Below are positions 35,965 through 44,731 of a stretch of DNA of 64,000 bases, one piece after another; the stretch's first letter is position 1, and each line of letters opens with the position of its first letter. The DNA lies in IMG/VR virus record IMGVR_UViG_3300009031_000221, positions 448,001-512,000 of that record; one strand, written 5' to 3'. The translations under genes and the position numbers were made by a program. This DNA is from a virus (taxonomy: Duplodnaviria > Caudoviricetes). The notes beneath the pieces are model-generated. The model ran no database searches and had not been told where the DNA came from. It worked only from the letters and a program-made list of their open reading frames with translations.

Positions 35965-38676
35965 ATGTATCGTTTGATTCTCGCAGCTTTCCTACTGATC
36001 ATGGCACCCGGGACGACATTCGCCCTGGGCATGACCGTTGGCGGATCCCCGGAAGATCGATTCTTGGCGGGTCCAGTCCAGGCGCCCAAGCGTGTGGATG
36101 GCCAGTTTGTCTATACGGTGCCGGCGGACTTCAATCCCCCGGGCATCCACCAGAACGGGCTGCAGGAAATCCAGGCGGCGGCAAAGGCACTCCACTTCCC
36201 CTTCTACGTCGTGATCGTCGATAGCATTCCCGATCTCACCGATGTTCAAGTAGCGGAAGCCCGGCACCGGGAATACACGGAAAACGGAATCGAACTGCAG
36301 ATGGCATACGCGGTTGACAAGATCGTTGAGGAATGGGCAAGCTACGGGAGCTACGATGCTAGCCGTACCTCCGCATTCCTGTTGTCCTACCATCCCCGCC
36401 AGTACCGCATGTTGGCTGGCGCCAAGTGGAAGCTGGACTTGGGAATCCGAAGGGACAAGCTTGATCCCTACCTGAACCTATTCAAGCGCTCCGCAATGGG
36501 TTCATCCAAAGATCCCAAGGCGGGCATCATCAATCTCATGGGCACCTTCGATGAGTTCGTGTTCGATCAAACCGACCCAGGTCGAATCAAAGCCCGTGCC
36601 GAAGCCGCTGCGAAGGCCTTGGAAGCGGAACGCGCCCAAGCAATCGCCATCGCACTGGCTACGGCAAAGGGACGCCTAGGCAACCTCCAGCTCCAGTCCA
36701 AGGAACTCCTGAAGGGCGATAAATCCCACCTTCCCGATACCAAGGCACTTGAAGCGGCGCTTCGCCATGTAGACACTCTATCAGATGCCGATTACCAAAG
36801 GGCTGGCCCAGTGAATGCCGAAGCGGATTCCCTGTTGGCGGCATACACCCCTGTCAAGGTATATTATGATGCCAAGGAACAAAAAGCCCTCGTGGATGCC
36901 TTCTGGTACTACTTCTCATGGTTCATGTTCTTGTGTGGCATTTGTTTCCTCATCGGAATGTACCTGATGCGTCGTTCCCGCTACTTGAGCCTCATCCAGG
37001 AGTTCGCACAGGATTACAAGGATTGGGATGACAAGGTCAAGGCAGCTGCGGGGCGCTACGTTGACGCCTACTCGAATCGGGACAACATCATCGGATTGCA
37101 TGACACGGAAGGAAAAACCAAGACCCTGTGGGATGCCCTGTCCTTTGAGATCGATGACATCTGGGTCGGCGTCAAGGCCATCGAGAGCCACATTGCAGAG
37201 TGCAAGACATTGGCAGCAAAGGCCAACGTGTTCTACATCACCCCACTCCTTGACGCCATCAGCAACCTGGATCGTGCCTTCACCTTCGATACCGGTCAGG
37301 TCAACGTGGATGAACTGTTCGGGCGGGACACGAAAACCATTCGTGTTGTCCCGAGTTCCTTCGCCCAGACATTGCAGCAGCGATTCAAGAACAACCAGGA
37401 ATCCTGGGACCGAATCAAGCGGGCTGCGGATATTCGTATGCCTGACCAGTGTGCATCCAATTTGTTCCCGCATCTACCCCTGACCAATCTCATGAGGGCG
37501 GCGGCAAAGTTGGGCATCCCGGATGCATGGTACAACGACCACCCGCTCGCCGGGGATGACGCTTCGGATGCCGCGGTGTGGGAAGCGGCGGATAGCCTTC
37601 GTGTGAAGGATCCGATTGCCTACCTGGATGCAATTGAGGCACTGAAGGCTCAGGAACGCAAGGTTATTGCCCGCCACGATCGCTTGGTCAATGCGCTGAG
37701 CCTGATCAAGCCAGTGAAGGTGGATAGCCTTCCCGCGTTCGAGTCCGCCTTCGACGCATCGGATGACCCCGCCATCACCCTGTCCAATGCCCGTGATACG
37801 GAACATCGGCTTGCCGGCCTCCTGGAATCCAAAGCGGAAACCAAGGCTGTGGATGCTATTGATGCATACGTCGCGGATATCGTGGCGCTCTACACGAAGG
37901 TCAAGGCACAAGTCGGCACCATCACAGCGGCCGTCAAGGATGCCAATGATGCTGTCAGGGCTGCAGATGCAGCATACCCCAAGAAGTTGGGTGTGGATGC
38001 CGCCATCTGCGTCAAATCCGCAGCCCGGATTCACCTCAACATCGAGGTTGCCAATACGAACCTCAAGTCGGGGGATGATCTCACCGCTCAAGGTCGCATC
38101 GCATTCCTCAGGGCCAACGAAGCCCTGAAGTCGGGACGGCACTTGGAAGCCCTGCGGAAGGCATCATCTGCATCTACGTTGTACGCCAACGCCCGCAAGG
38201 CCTATGAGAAGGCAGTTAGCTACTGCGGTGAATTGGATCGCTCCAGGGCGGCATTTGAGGCCAAGGTTGGCAAGATGGCATCCATCCGCGAAGAACACAT
38301 GCGGCGTGTCAAGCAGTACCATGGGGCGCCCATCCGCCTCAAGTCCTACTCGGCACCCTCTGTGTCCAACGTGATGGACTATAGCATCGCCCTGAGCGCC
38401 CTCAGTGCCCAGGAATCGGCGTGGGAACGTGAATCCCGCCAAGTCCAGTCCGCCTATGAGGCAGAGCAAGCTCGGCAACGTGCTGAACGGGATGAGCAGG
38501 ATCGCCGTGAACGTCAAGCCATTGCTGCGGCGGCAGAAGCGGCCGCTTCCGCCCGCCGTGCCGCATCCTACAGCAGCTACAGCAGCGGTTACACCAGCTA
38601 CAGCAGTGGGGGATCGGATTCCGGGGGCGGAAGCTGTGGCGGTGGGGGATCGGATTCCGGTGGTGGCGGCTGGTAG
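35965..38676 (+). CDS. Large membrane protein: signal peptide, TPM-like domain, TM helix, long helical region, Gly/Ser tail
   Basis: MYRLILAAFLL start with AAGGAG RBS; FYVVIVDSI; TM FWYYFSWFMFLCGICFLIG; tail GGSDSGGGSCGGGGSDSGGGGW typical of TPM-domain proteins. Confidence 0.75.
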   Translation: MYRLILAAFLLIMAPGTTFALGMTVGGSPEDRFLAGPVQAPKRVDGQFVYTVPADFNPPGIHQNGLQEIQAAAKALHFPFYVVIVDSIPDLTDVQVAEARHREYTENGIELQMAYAVDKIVEEWASYGSYDASRTSAFLLSYHPRQYRMLAGAKWKLDLGIRRDKLDPYLNLFKRSAMGSSKDPKAGIINLMGTFDEFVFDQTDPGRIKARAEAAAKALEAERAQAIAIALATAKGRLGNLQLQSKELLKGDKSHLPDTKALEAALRHVDTLSDADYQRAGPVNAEADSLLAAYTPVKVYYDAKEQKALVDAFWYYFSWFMFLCGICFLIGMYLMRRSRYLSLIQEFAQDYKDWDDKVKAAAGRYVDAYSNRDNIIGLHDTEGKTKTLWDALSFEIDDIWVGVKAIESHIAECKTLAAKANVFYITPLLDAISNLDRAFTFDTGQVNVDELFGRDTKTIRVVPSSFAQTLQQRFKNNQESWDRIKRAADIRMPDQCASNLFPHLPLTNLMRAAAKLGIPDAWYNDHPLAGDDASDAAVWEAADSLRVKDPIAYLDAIEALKAQERKVIARHDRLVNALSLIKPVKVDSLPAFESAFDASDDPAITLSNARDTEHRLAGLLESKAETKAVDAIDAYVADIVALYTKVKAQVGTITAAVKDANDAVRAADAAYPKKLGVDAAICVKSAARIHLNIEVANTNLKSGDDLTAQGRIAFLRANEALKSGRHLEALRKASSASTLYANARKAYEKAVSYCGELDRSRAAFEAKVGKMASIREEHMRRVKQYHGAPIRLKSYSAPSVSNVMDYSIALSALSAQESAWERESRQVQSAYEAEQARQRAERDEQDRRERQAIAAAAEAAASARRAASYSSYSSGYTSYSSGGSDSGGGSCGGGGSDSGGGGW

Positions 38677-38858
38677 TCACACAAAGCCGTAGGGATTAGG
38701 GCGAGAGTTCTAAGGCCCAAGAGCGTGTCTACCGGACTCCTTGACTATCCGGTATGACGTGCGAATTCTTGTCAATCCTTAGACCGATTGTGAATTTGAC
38801 GAGCGGAAGTATTGCAGATTTGTGACTTCACAAGGATTCCGCTACGGCTTTGCGTGAC
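38676..38858 (-). ncRNA. 183-nt structured intergenic RNA candidate
   Basis: 17-bp terminal stem GTCACGCAAAGCCGTAG/CTACGGCTTTGTGTGAC (G.U only on minus strand) enclosing nested stems TCTAAGG/CCTTAGA, CAAGA/TCTTG, TACCGGA/TCCGGTA, TTGTGAA/TTCACAA. Confidence 0.65.
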
Positions 38859-38876
38859 ACACTATCATACCCGCAT

Positions 38877-39350
38877 TCACGGAATATCGAATCGGACATT
38901 CTCACCGTCCCACCACCCAACACGTCCTCGAACTGTGGGCATCCCTGATCGGGCTTCTGCACTCCGCACTAGGAACTTGGCATAAGCAGGGGGAACCCCT
39001 GCCGCAGTGGATATGGTGATATGTGGAATTCGCCCTCGGGGTGCTAAAATGCTAGGCGGGTCTACTACCACGGCCTGCCCTTTAGCATCCTCCGCATAGC
39101 CTACAATCTTCAACGCTATGAACTTCCCTAATGGAAGTTCCTCAAGGCGGGGATCCCCACCGTCATGGTGCGTCCATATAGTCATATGATGGGCAAACAG
39201 TTCTGAATGAACCTGTCCAAACCGATCGACTAATCGACGTTGATCCATGGGAGACAGAAACACTGCCGTATAAAGGGGAGTGCCTATGAATTCGGCAACA
39301 ACATGCCGTATCCACCGGGATGCCACACGATGTTTAGGGCTTTGTTGCAT
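38877..39350 (-). CDS. 2H phosphoesterase with N-terminal RVASRW tag
   Basis: Two HxT motifs: HHMTI and PHITIS. Confidence 0.8.
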   Translation of the reverse strand: MQQSPKHRVASRWIRHVVAEFIGTPLYTAVFLSPMDQRRLVDRFGQVHSELFAHHMTIWTHHDGGDPRLEELPLGKFIALKIVGYAEDAKGQAVVVDPPSILAPRGRIPHITISTAAGVPPAYAKFLVRSAEARSGMPTVRGRVGWWDGENVRFDIP

Positions 39351-39798
39351 GCGATGCAGAATTAGGGCTAGCCAATGCAGATGATCCAGCAGCCACGCTC
39401 TTCAGCTTTTCTGTTAGAACCGTTCCCATGATACTGCCTCCAACACCAAGTGCCGCTACAGCAACGGCAGCAATAATCTTGTGCCGAGTGGTCTTGAACC
39501 ATTCATGCACAGCCAATTGCTGTTGGATGCGTGGCAACTCCGTCATCAATATGGAGTCTACCTTGGTATCCAAATGGTCAACTCGGGTTCCAAGTTGACG
39601 CATCTCAGACACATGTGCAGGACATTGTGCATTCAGCACGTTCCAATGTTCTCGAATATCGGAAAGGCTAGTCGTGAGGTCATCCACGTTAGCCTTTACC
39701 TCCGCCACATCAGCTTTGATGGACTTCAGTTCCCCAATATCACCCTTGATTTCCATCAAGGTATCCACAACCCATTTATCTTCGGCAGTCAATGGCAT
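39334..39798 (-). CDS. Coiled-coil protein with C-terminal TM helix
   Basis: Heptad repeats then IIAAVAVAALGVGGSIMG. Confidence 0.7.
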   Translation of the reverse strand: MPLTAEDKWVVDTLMEIKGDIGELKSIKADVAEVKANVDDLTTSLSDIREHWNVLNAQCPAHVSEMRQLGTRVDHLDTKVDSILMTELPRIQQQLAVHEWFKTTRHKIIAAVAVAALGVGGSIMGTVLTEKLKSVAAGSSALASPNSASHATKP

Positions 39799-39811
39799 CT
39801 TTCCCTCACAA

Positions 39812-40882
39812 TTAATCGTTACATAGGGACAGTTGCTTGGTGATGTAAGTCTTTGCCGTAGCCAACTCTTTGGCTAGGTTTCTTCCATCTACGTCAGGCA
39901 AGAACCTTGGGCTCCCGCTCAACCTTCGCAATGATTTCCCAAAGAATCCAAGGATCTTTTGTGCCATAGTTGAATCCACAAGGGCGACTGTATCCAGAAG
40001 CCTCACTGCTTGATTCAACTCCGATTCAATGACTGCCGATTTGCCTGTTCCTGCAATTTCCAATAGGGCTTGGCTAATTGCATCATGTACCATTCGCAGC
40101 GCTGGAATGCATCGTGTTACAGACTGTGAACCCCATCCAAAGCCCGTACTCCTAGTCAGGCCTACTGGGTATTCACCCATCGGAAGCTTGTGTCCATCCG
40201 GTGTCACATGCTTCGGTCCAAACGCATCTACATAACCATGTGCTATTCGTTTGGCATAGTGAGTTTGCAACTCACGCCTTGCCGCGGCCTCTGTCGGAAA
40301 TAAACCACGGGGATCTTCATCGAACTGGGTTCCATCGATGCGTCCCGTCTGCCCCGAGTCTGTCAAAGCACCCCAACGGCGGATGACCCGGTATCCACCA
40401 TCAGCAGGGATAACCAATCCCTCATAGAATTTCGAGTTGTTATTTTTCGGATTGACCTGATAGACCATGAATGCGTTATCGTCATTCACGGCAGCCTTGG
40501 TCAATCCCTGAGCCAACAGAATCGGCTTGTGTGCCACGCGATGCAGGATTGCCATCTTCTCGAAGTTCGTTAGTGACGCCCAACGGGTACTGGCACGAGG
40601 AAAACATAGGGAAGCAACTCGCATCTCCTCCCATGCAATCTTCTGATCCGCGGCATAAACAACCATTGCACGCTTGGCAACCTTCGCAGCCAGAGCCGTT
40701 TCTCCACGTTGATACTTCTGGGACAATTCCGACCATGTACGCTGGTTGAAATCCTGAAGGTAAGGGCTATCTGGATCAACCATAGCCGGGGCTTTTACCT
40801 TGCCGATATCTTTGGGATCCATGTTATTCTGTGCCATTGATATCATCCCCGTGAATTCGTGTTCGTATGATCCTTCATACAC
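39812..40882 (-). CDS. WGR-domain protein with N-terminal propeptide-like region
   Basis: NNNSKFYE..YRVIRRWGAL..GQ..A..EL..YAKRIAHGY; multiple K/R-x-A motifs upstream. Confidence 0.8.
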   Translation of the reverse strand: MYEGSYEHEFTGMISMAQNNMDPKDIGKVKAPAMVDPDSPYLQDFNQRTWSELSQKYQRGETALAAKVAKRAMVVYAADQKIAWEEMRVASLCFPRASTRWASLTNFEKMAILHRVAHKPILLAQGLTKAAVNDDNAFMVYQVNPKNNNSKFYEGLVIPADGGYRVIRRWGALTDSGQTGRIDGTQFDEDPRGLFPTEAAARRELQTHYAKRIAHGYVDAFGPKHVTPDGHKLPMGEYPVGLTRSTGFGWGSQSVTRCIPALRMVHDAISQALLEIAGTGKSAVIESELNQAVRLLDTVALVDSTMAQKILGFFGKSLRRLSGSPRFLPDVDGRNLAKELATAKTYITKQLSLCND

Positions 40883-40893
40883 CTACAGTGACT

Positions 40894-40909
40894 TATTGAA
40901 TGCCTACCG
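40894..40909 (-). promoter_or_regulatory. Class B promoter motif
   Basis: CGGTAG-GCATT-CAATA. Confidence 0.65.
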
Positions 40910-41016
40910 AGCCCCCGACGATCTAAATGTGATCACGGAGCCTATTTCATCCCTAGATAGGTTGAGTTCTGCTTCGTTAAGGGTAGAAACATAAGGGCAT
41001 AAGGAGGCCCATACGA

Positions 41017-43455
41017 ATGAGTTTGTCTAAATTCGCACTTCGCAACTTTGCAGGAAAGCCTGTCAAATACTTCACCGTTGAGTCCGAAGACCTGGGTTCT
41101 ACCCAGGCCCCCGCTGCGGTCAAGAAGCCCTCGCACCACATTCTGGTCATTGACCGATCAGGTTCAATGTATGGGGACATGGCAGCAATGACTGCCACCG
41201 TTGAGAAGCTATTGACATTGGCAGAGTTCAATGATGACAGCCAACGTGTCAGCTTGATTTCCTACTCGTCCATGGGCGATGTGAAGTTGCACTTCAACAA
41301 GGTCACTGTTGGGGATGTCATGCAGCCGGGTTCGCCCTACCTGCAGGCCATTCGTTCCATTCGGGTTACGGGTTTGACGTGCATTTCGCAGTCCCTGTCC
41401 TTGGCAGAGGGTCTGGTAGACGACAACGAAACAACCTGCATTTCGTTGCATACTGATGGTTACGCCAATGACCGTAGCCCTTCCCAGGAAACTCGGGACA
41501 TTCAGACGGCACTTGACAAGCTGAAGAAGCACCCTGCCCTGTTCGTCAATACGGTAGCACACCGCGATTGGTGCGACTTCAACCTGATGTCAAGCATCGC
41601 CAATCAGATGTCTGGCGTATGCATCCAGGCAAAGGGTATCAAGGGTGTCTACGATGCCCTGTACAACACGCAAGGCCTGTTGAACAAGGGTGTGGAAACC
41701 GCCATTGGGGCTTCCATCGGGGACGCATCCTACGTTGGATTTGTATCCCTGTCTGCCAAGAAGGTTCTGGGTTCCAATGCCTCGATTATGGTCAAGGGAT
41801 TGTTGGACTCGGATGACAAGACCGTCTATCGGTACACCGAGGTAGACGAGGCATCCTACAACGCATCCACGGCTACTGAGAATCCCTACAAGGCAATTCA
41901 GGTCTACGCCCGTTGCCAGTTGGCGGAAGGGAATTTGAACGCAGCCAAGTATGCCTTGGTGTCCTTGCGGAACTTGGATTTGCTGAAGAAGCACTATCGG
42001 GCATTGGTAGGAACTGAGGTAGCCGCCCTGGTTGCGGATCTCGAACAGTCCCTGTTCAGCCAGGAGAAGTGGGCATCCTCAGCGGATTACGGCTTGGGCG
42101 CCTCATCGGCTACCGTACTCCAGGTTCTGTCTGTCCTGGGTCAGTATCCCAAGGCGGTCATGGTCAATGTCAAGCGCCTGTCGGCAAACTACAAGCGTCG
42201 CGGCCTCAAGAAGGTTGCCGGTGTCCGTAAGGAAGACGGAACCTTGGAAGCCCCCACCACGATCTCAATGGATCGTTTCCCCGGTGATTACCTTCCCCTG
42301 GGTTCTGTAGACGCCAACCGCAACACGGCAACGATCAACATCCTCGTGTCCAAGCACATTCAGTTGGTCACCGCGGGTGTCATTGTCGAAGAAGTAGCGG
42401 GTATCAAGCTGGACAACCTGAAGGACTTCCGCAACTTCACCATCGTTGGTGACGGTCAGGTTTGCACGCCCATTCTGCCCATCAAGGTGTCCGATAAGCG
42501 TTGCTTCAAGGCATTGGCGGACTTGGGCGTTGTGTCGGGAGACTTCGATCCCAACACGGAGTATGACATCGCATTGGGCGATCTTCCCCTGGTAGATTTC
42601 GATGCTTCGTTCGCTGTACCGGCGGATACCTTTGGAACCTTGGCACGCTTGACGGCTGTGTCCAAGATTCTGTCTGCGGTATCCAAGGAATCGTCGGAAG
42701 CATATACGGCAGAGCAGATCGCGGCATTGAAGGGTCATTACTTGACTTCATCGTTGTACTTCTCGCCCCCGACCACCAACTCGTACACGGATTTGACGGA
42801 GGCCTTGAACAAGGGTGAAGTGGATTCACGGTTGAGCTACAAGGTGGAAATCGGAACGGCAGATATCACGGCCTTGTCGAAGTTGCCTTCCGCCAATGCG
42901 TTCCTTGAGCGTCGGTTCACCCTGACGGTTGATGGTGCGGATGTGCCCAAGCCAAAGATGACGGAGTTCCTGAATCCTGATGCAGTGTGGGGAGTCAAGG
43001 CCTTGGGTCCGAAGATCAAGTTGACCCCGGTCGATGAACTTCTGTTCCCGTTGTTCTCCGAATTCCTGGGGTTGACTACGTATTCGACCTTCTCCAAGAC
43101 TCTGCATGACCTGGATGCATCCTTGGACGTAGATGTATCCGCCGTGCTGGCACATTGCATGACTCCGGACGGATTGGTAGAATTCCTGTCCAAGGCACGC
43201 AAGATGGTAGATTCTGCGATCGATGACATCTACACCAAGACGGTTTCCCCGTTGGTATTCTTTGTCGGCTCTACCGGTATCGTACCGGATGAGTTCGGTT
43301 GCAAGGCAATGTCGGCAGAGCAGATCGAGGCGAAGTTCCCCACGATCACTTTGTCCAAGGATGAGAAGGATGGGACGTTCTTCGTTCTGCCCAACGATGT
43401 CCTGCTGACGGTATTCACCAAGGGTGAGTACTTCACCGTGGCGGAAGCCGCGTAA
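41017..43455 (+). CDS. Large vWA-domain protein (812 aa)
   Basis: ILVIDRSGSM MIDAS motif, LISYS, GLT, LHTDG; TAAGGAGG RBS. Confidence 0.85.
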   Translation: MSLSKFALRNFAGKPVKYFTVESEDLGSTQAPAAVKKPSHHILVIDRSGSMYGDMAAMTATVEKLLTLAEFNDDSQRVSLISYSSMGDVKLHFNKVTVGDVMQPGSPYLQAIRSIRVTGLTCISQSLSLAEGLVDDNETTCISLHTDGYANDRSPSQETRDIQTALDKLKKHPALFVNTVAHRDWCDFNLMSSIANQMSGVCIQAKGIKGVYDALYNTQGLLNKGVETAIGASIGDASYVGFVSLSAKKVLGSNASIMVKGLLDSDDKTVYRYTEVDEASYNASTATENPYKAIQVYARCQLAEGNLNAAKYALVSLRNLDLLKKHYRALVGTEVAALVADLEQSLFSQEKWASSADYGLGASSATVLQVLSVLGQYPKAVMVNVKRLSANYKRRGLKKVAGVRKEDGTLEAPTTISMDRFPGDYLPLGSVDANRNTATINILVSKHIQLVTAGVIVEEVAGIKLDNLKDFRNFTIVGDGQVCTPILPIKVSDKRCFKALADLGVVSGDFDPNTEYDIALGDLPLVDFDASFAVPADTFGTLARLTAVSKILSAVSKESSEAYTAEQIAALKGHYLTSSLYFSPPTTNSYTDLTEALNKGEVDSRLSYKVEIGTADITALSKLPSANAFLERRFTLTVDGADVPKPKMTEFLNPDAVWGVKALGPKIKLTPVDELLFPLFSEFLGLTTYSTFSKTLHDLDASLDVDVSAVLAHCMTPDGLVEFLSKARKMVDSAIDDIYTKTVSPLVFFVGSTGIVPDEFGCKAMSAEQIEAKFPTITLSKDEKDGTFFVLPNDVLLTVFTKGEYFTVAEAA

Positions 43456-43463
43456 GGAGACCT

Positions 43464-43667
43464 ATGAGGAATGACTTGAGGACGGCACAGGTACTTCAGA
43501 AAGACGGGAATTGGATGAATGTTCAGTTCATGTCATTGCGGAAGGGTGACCGGTTCCGGCTGGTAGAACCTGAAGGGGAACTCGTGGATGATGGGGAAGA
43601 AGCGATTGCTTCGGCGGATCCCTATGTGGCCAATGGGACTCATATCATTCGGTGTGATGTCGTCTAA
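43464..43667 (+). CDS. Hypothetical protein
   Basis: TAAGGAG RBS, 67 aa. Confidence 0.7.
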   Translation: MRNDLRTAQVLQKDGNWMNVQFMSLRKGDRFRLVEPEGELVDDGEEAIASADPYVANGTHIIRCDVV

Positions 43668-43677
43668 GGGATCCTCC

Positions 43678-43719
43678 AAAAACGCGAACGCCCCGGTTGA
43701 CCTTCAACCGGGGCGTTCG
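43678..43719 (-). terminator. Intrinsic terminator
   Basis: CGAACGCCCCGGTTGA/TCAACCGGGGCGTTCG; U-tract only on minus strand. Confidence 0.85.
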
Positions 43720-43737
43720 TGCAACTAAGGAGGTAAC
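43678..43737 (-). ncRNA. Putative anti-Shine-Dalgarno small RNA (~58 nt)
   Basis: Class A promoter, then UUACCUCCUUAGUUGCA, a 16-bp hairpin and CGUUUUU; no ORF. Confidence 0.65.
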
Positions 43738-43742
43738 ACTCT

Positions 43743-43769
43743 ATCTACGCACTCCAGATAGAAAGTAAG
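43743..43769 (-). promoter_or_regulatory. Class A promoter motif
   Basis: Reverse CTTACT-N13-GCGTAGATAG. Confidence 0.85.
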
Positions 43770-43771
43770 TC

Positions 43772-44416
43772 TTAGGCCTTGCCGTTCGGAACAACTTCCT
43801 GCTGCATCCAGTGCTTGTCCGTCTGAACGTGGGATTCCCGAACAAACTTCGCCGTGGCGCTCCAGAAATCCTCATAGCGGAACCTCGCCGCATCCCGGAC
43901 AACGTAGCCTTCCTGCACGCCTCCGAAGCGGGAAACGCCCGTGTAGCACGCCTTGACATCCTCCACGTTCCACGGCCCCCGATACAATACCGGGACATGC
44001 TCGAGGCCAAGCAGGCCACACCACTCAACGGTGTCGTCCCAGGACAGGCACACGTTGTTCTCGTCATAGATGCCGAAGACGAGGAAGTAGGACGGCAACG
44101 CCGTGTAACCGATGCTGTGCCGTGCGTAGACGTTCTCGCCGCACACACGCCAATTCTCCGGGATGTCATGTCCAACCTGAGCCGCGAAGGCACGGAGCCA
44201 GTCACGGGACGGGTGGGACTTCGAGTCCAGGGAACGGGCATGCGTCCGTCCGCCATGATAGATGGTGGTATTCTCGCCGTCAGCCTTCTCAGTCACGATG
44301 ACTTCGCGGCAACGCTCAAATGCCCAGTTGATCATCTTGAGGGTATGCGTCTTGTCGTCATCGGTGCGACCCAATGACCAAGGGCAATGAAATGTGCGGG
44401 GGTGCTTGGCTTCCAT
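43772..44416 (-). CDS. ATP-dependent RNA ligase (Rnl2-like nucleotidyltransferase domain)
   Basis: Motif I TEKADGEN, CGEN, VFGIYD, QEGYVVR, AKFVR. Confidence 0.9.
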   Translation of the reverse strand: MEAKHPRTFHCPWSLGRTDDDKTHTLKMINWAFERCREVIVTEKADGENTTIYHGGRTHARSLDSKSHPSRDWLRAFAAQVGHDIPENWRVCGENVYARHSIGYTALPSYFLVFGIYDENNVCLSWDDTVEWCGLLGLEHVPVLYRGPWNVEDVKACYTGVSRFGGVQEGYVVRDAARFRYEDFWSATAKFVRESHVQTDKHWMQQEVVPNGKA

Positions 44417-44456
44417 GACACGTTCCTAAGGGTCGTCGTTTGCGCCCCTATGTATC

Positions 44457-44483
44457 ATCTACGCTGTCGATGGGAAAAGTAAG
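44457..44483 (-). promoter_or_regulatory. Class A promoter motif
   Basis: Reverse CTTACT-N13-GCGTAGAT. Confidence 0.85.
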
Positions 44484-44485
44484 TC

Positions 44486-44534
44486 AAAAACGCGAAAGGC
44501 TCAGGCGGCTTATTTGGTCCGCCTGAGCCCCTCG
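44486..44534 (-). terminator. Intrinsic terminator
   Basis: CGAGGGGCTCAGGCGG/CCGCCTGAGCCTTTCG (G.U on minus strand) + CGTTTTT. Confidence 0.85.
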
Positions 44535-44538
44535 TTTT

Positions 44539-44726
44539 GTGCCAATTGCCGAACCTTATGGCTTCTTCTAATCACTCTGGCAAGATCCTAGTGGCTTGCT
44601 TTCCGATTCGGCATCTCTCCTTCTCTCTACTCTGCCAGGAGTAGCTTTTAGGGCGGACTCACGCATCCCATTAATCCAGGGCCCTTCCGGGTAGGGGAAT
44701 CGAACGCCCCGTGCATCATCCGGCAC
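44539..44726 (-). ncRNA. ~190-nt structured ncRNA with predicted loop-loop pseudoknot
   Basis: Bounded by class A promoter and terminator; 5' GUGCC pairs with 3' GGCAC; T-loop-like GGGGCGUUCGAUUCCCC; hairpin loop CUGGCA complementary to UGCCAG. Confidence 0.7.
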
Positions 44727-44731
44727 ACTGT

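Noticed and set aside
5926-43455. PARP, WGR and vWA genes as a split PARP4-like system
   Set aside because: Genes are more than 30 kb apart and under different promoter classes; no direct evidence of linkage
44539-44726. Identification as tmRNA, SRP RNA, RNase P RNA or a cobalamin riboswitch
   Set aside because: No acceptor stem with CCA or tag ORF, no SRP domain IV, no RNase P P4 signature, no B12 box; left unassigned
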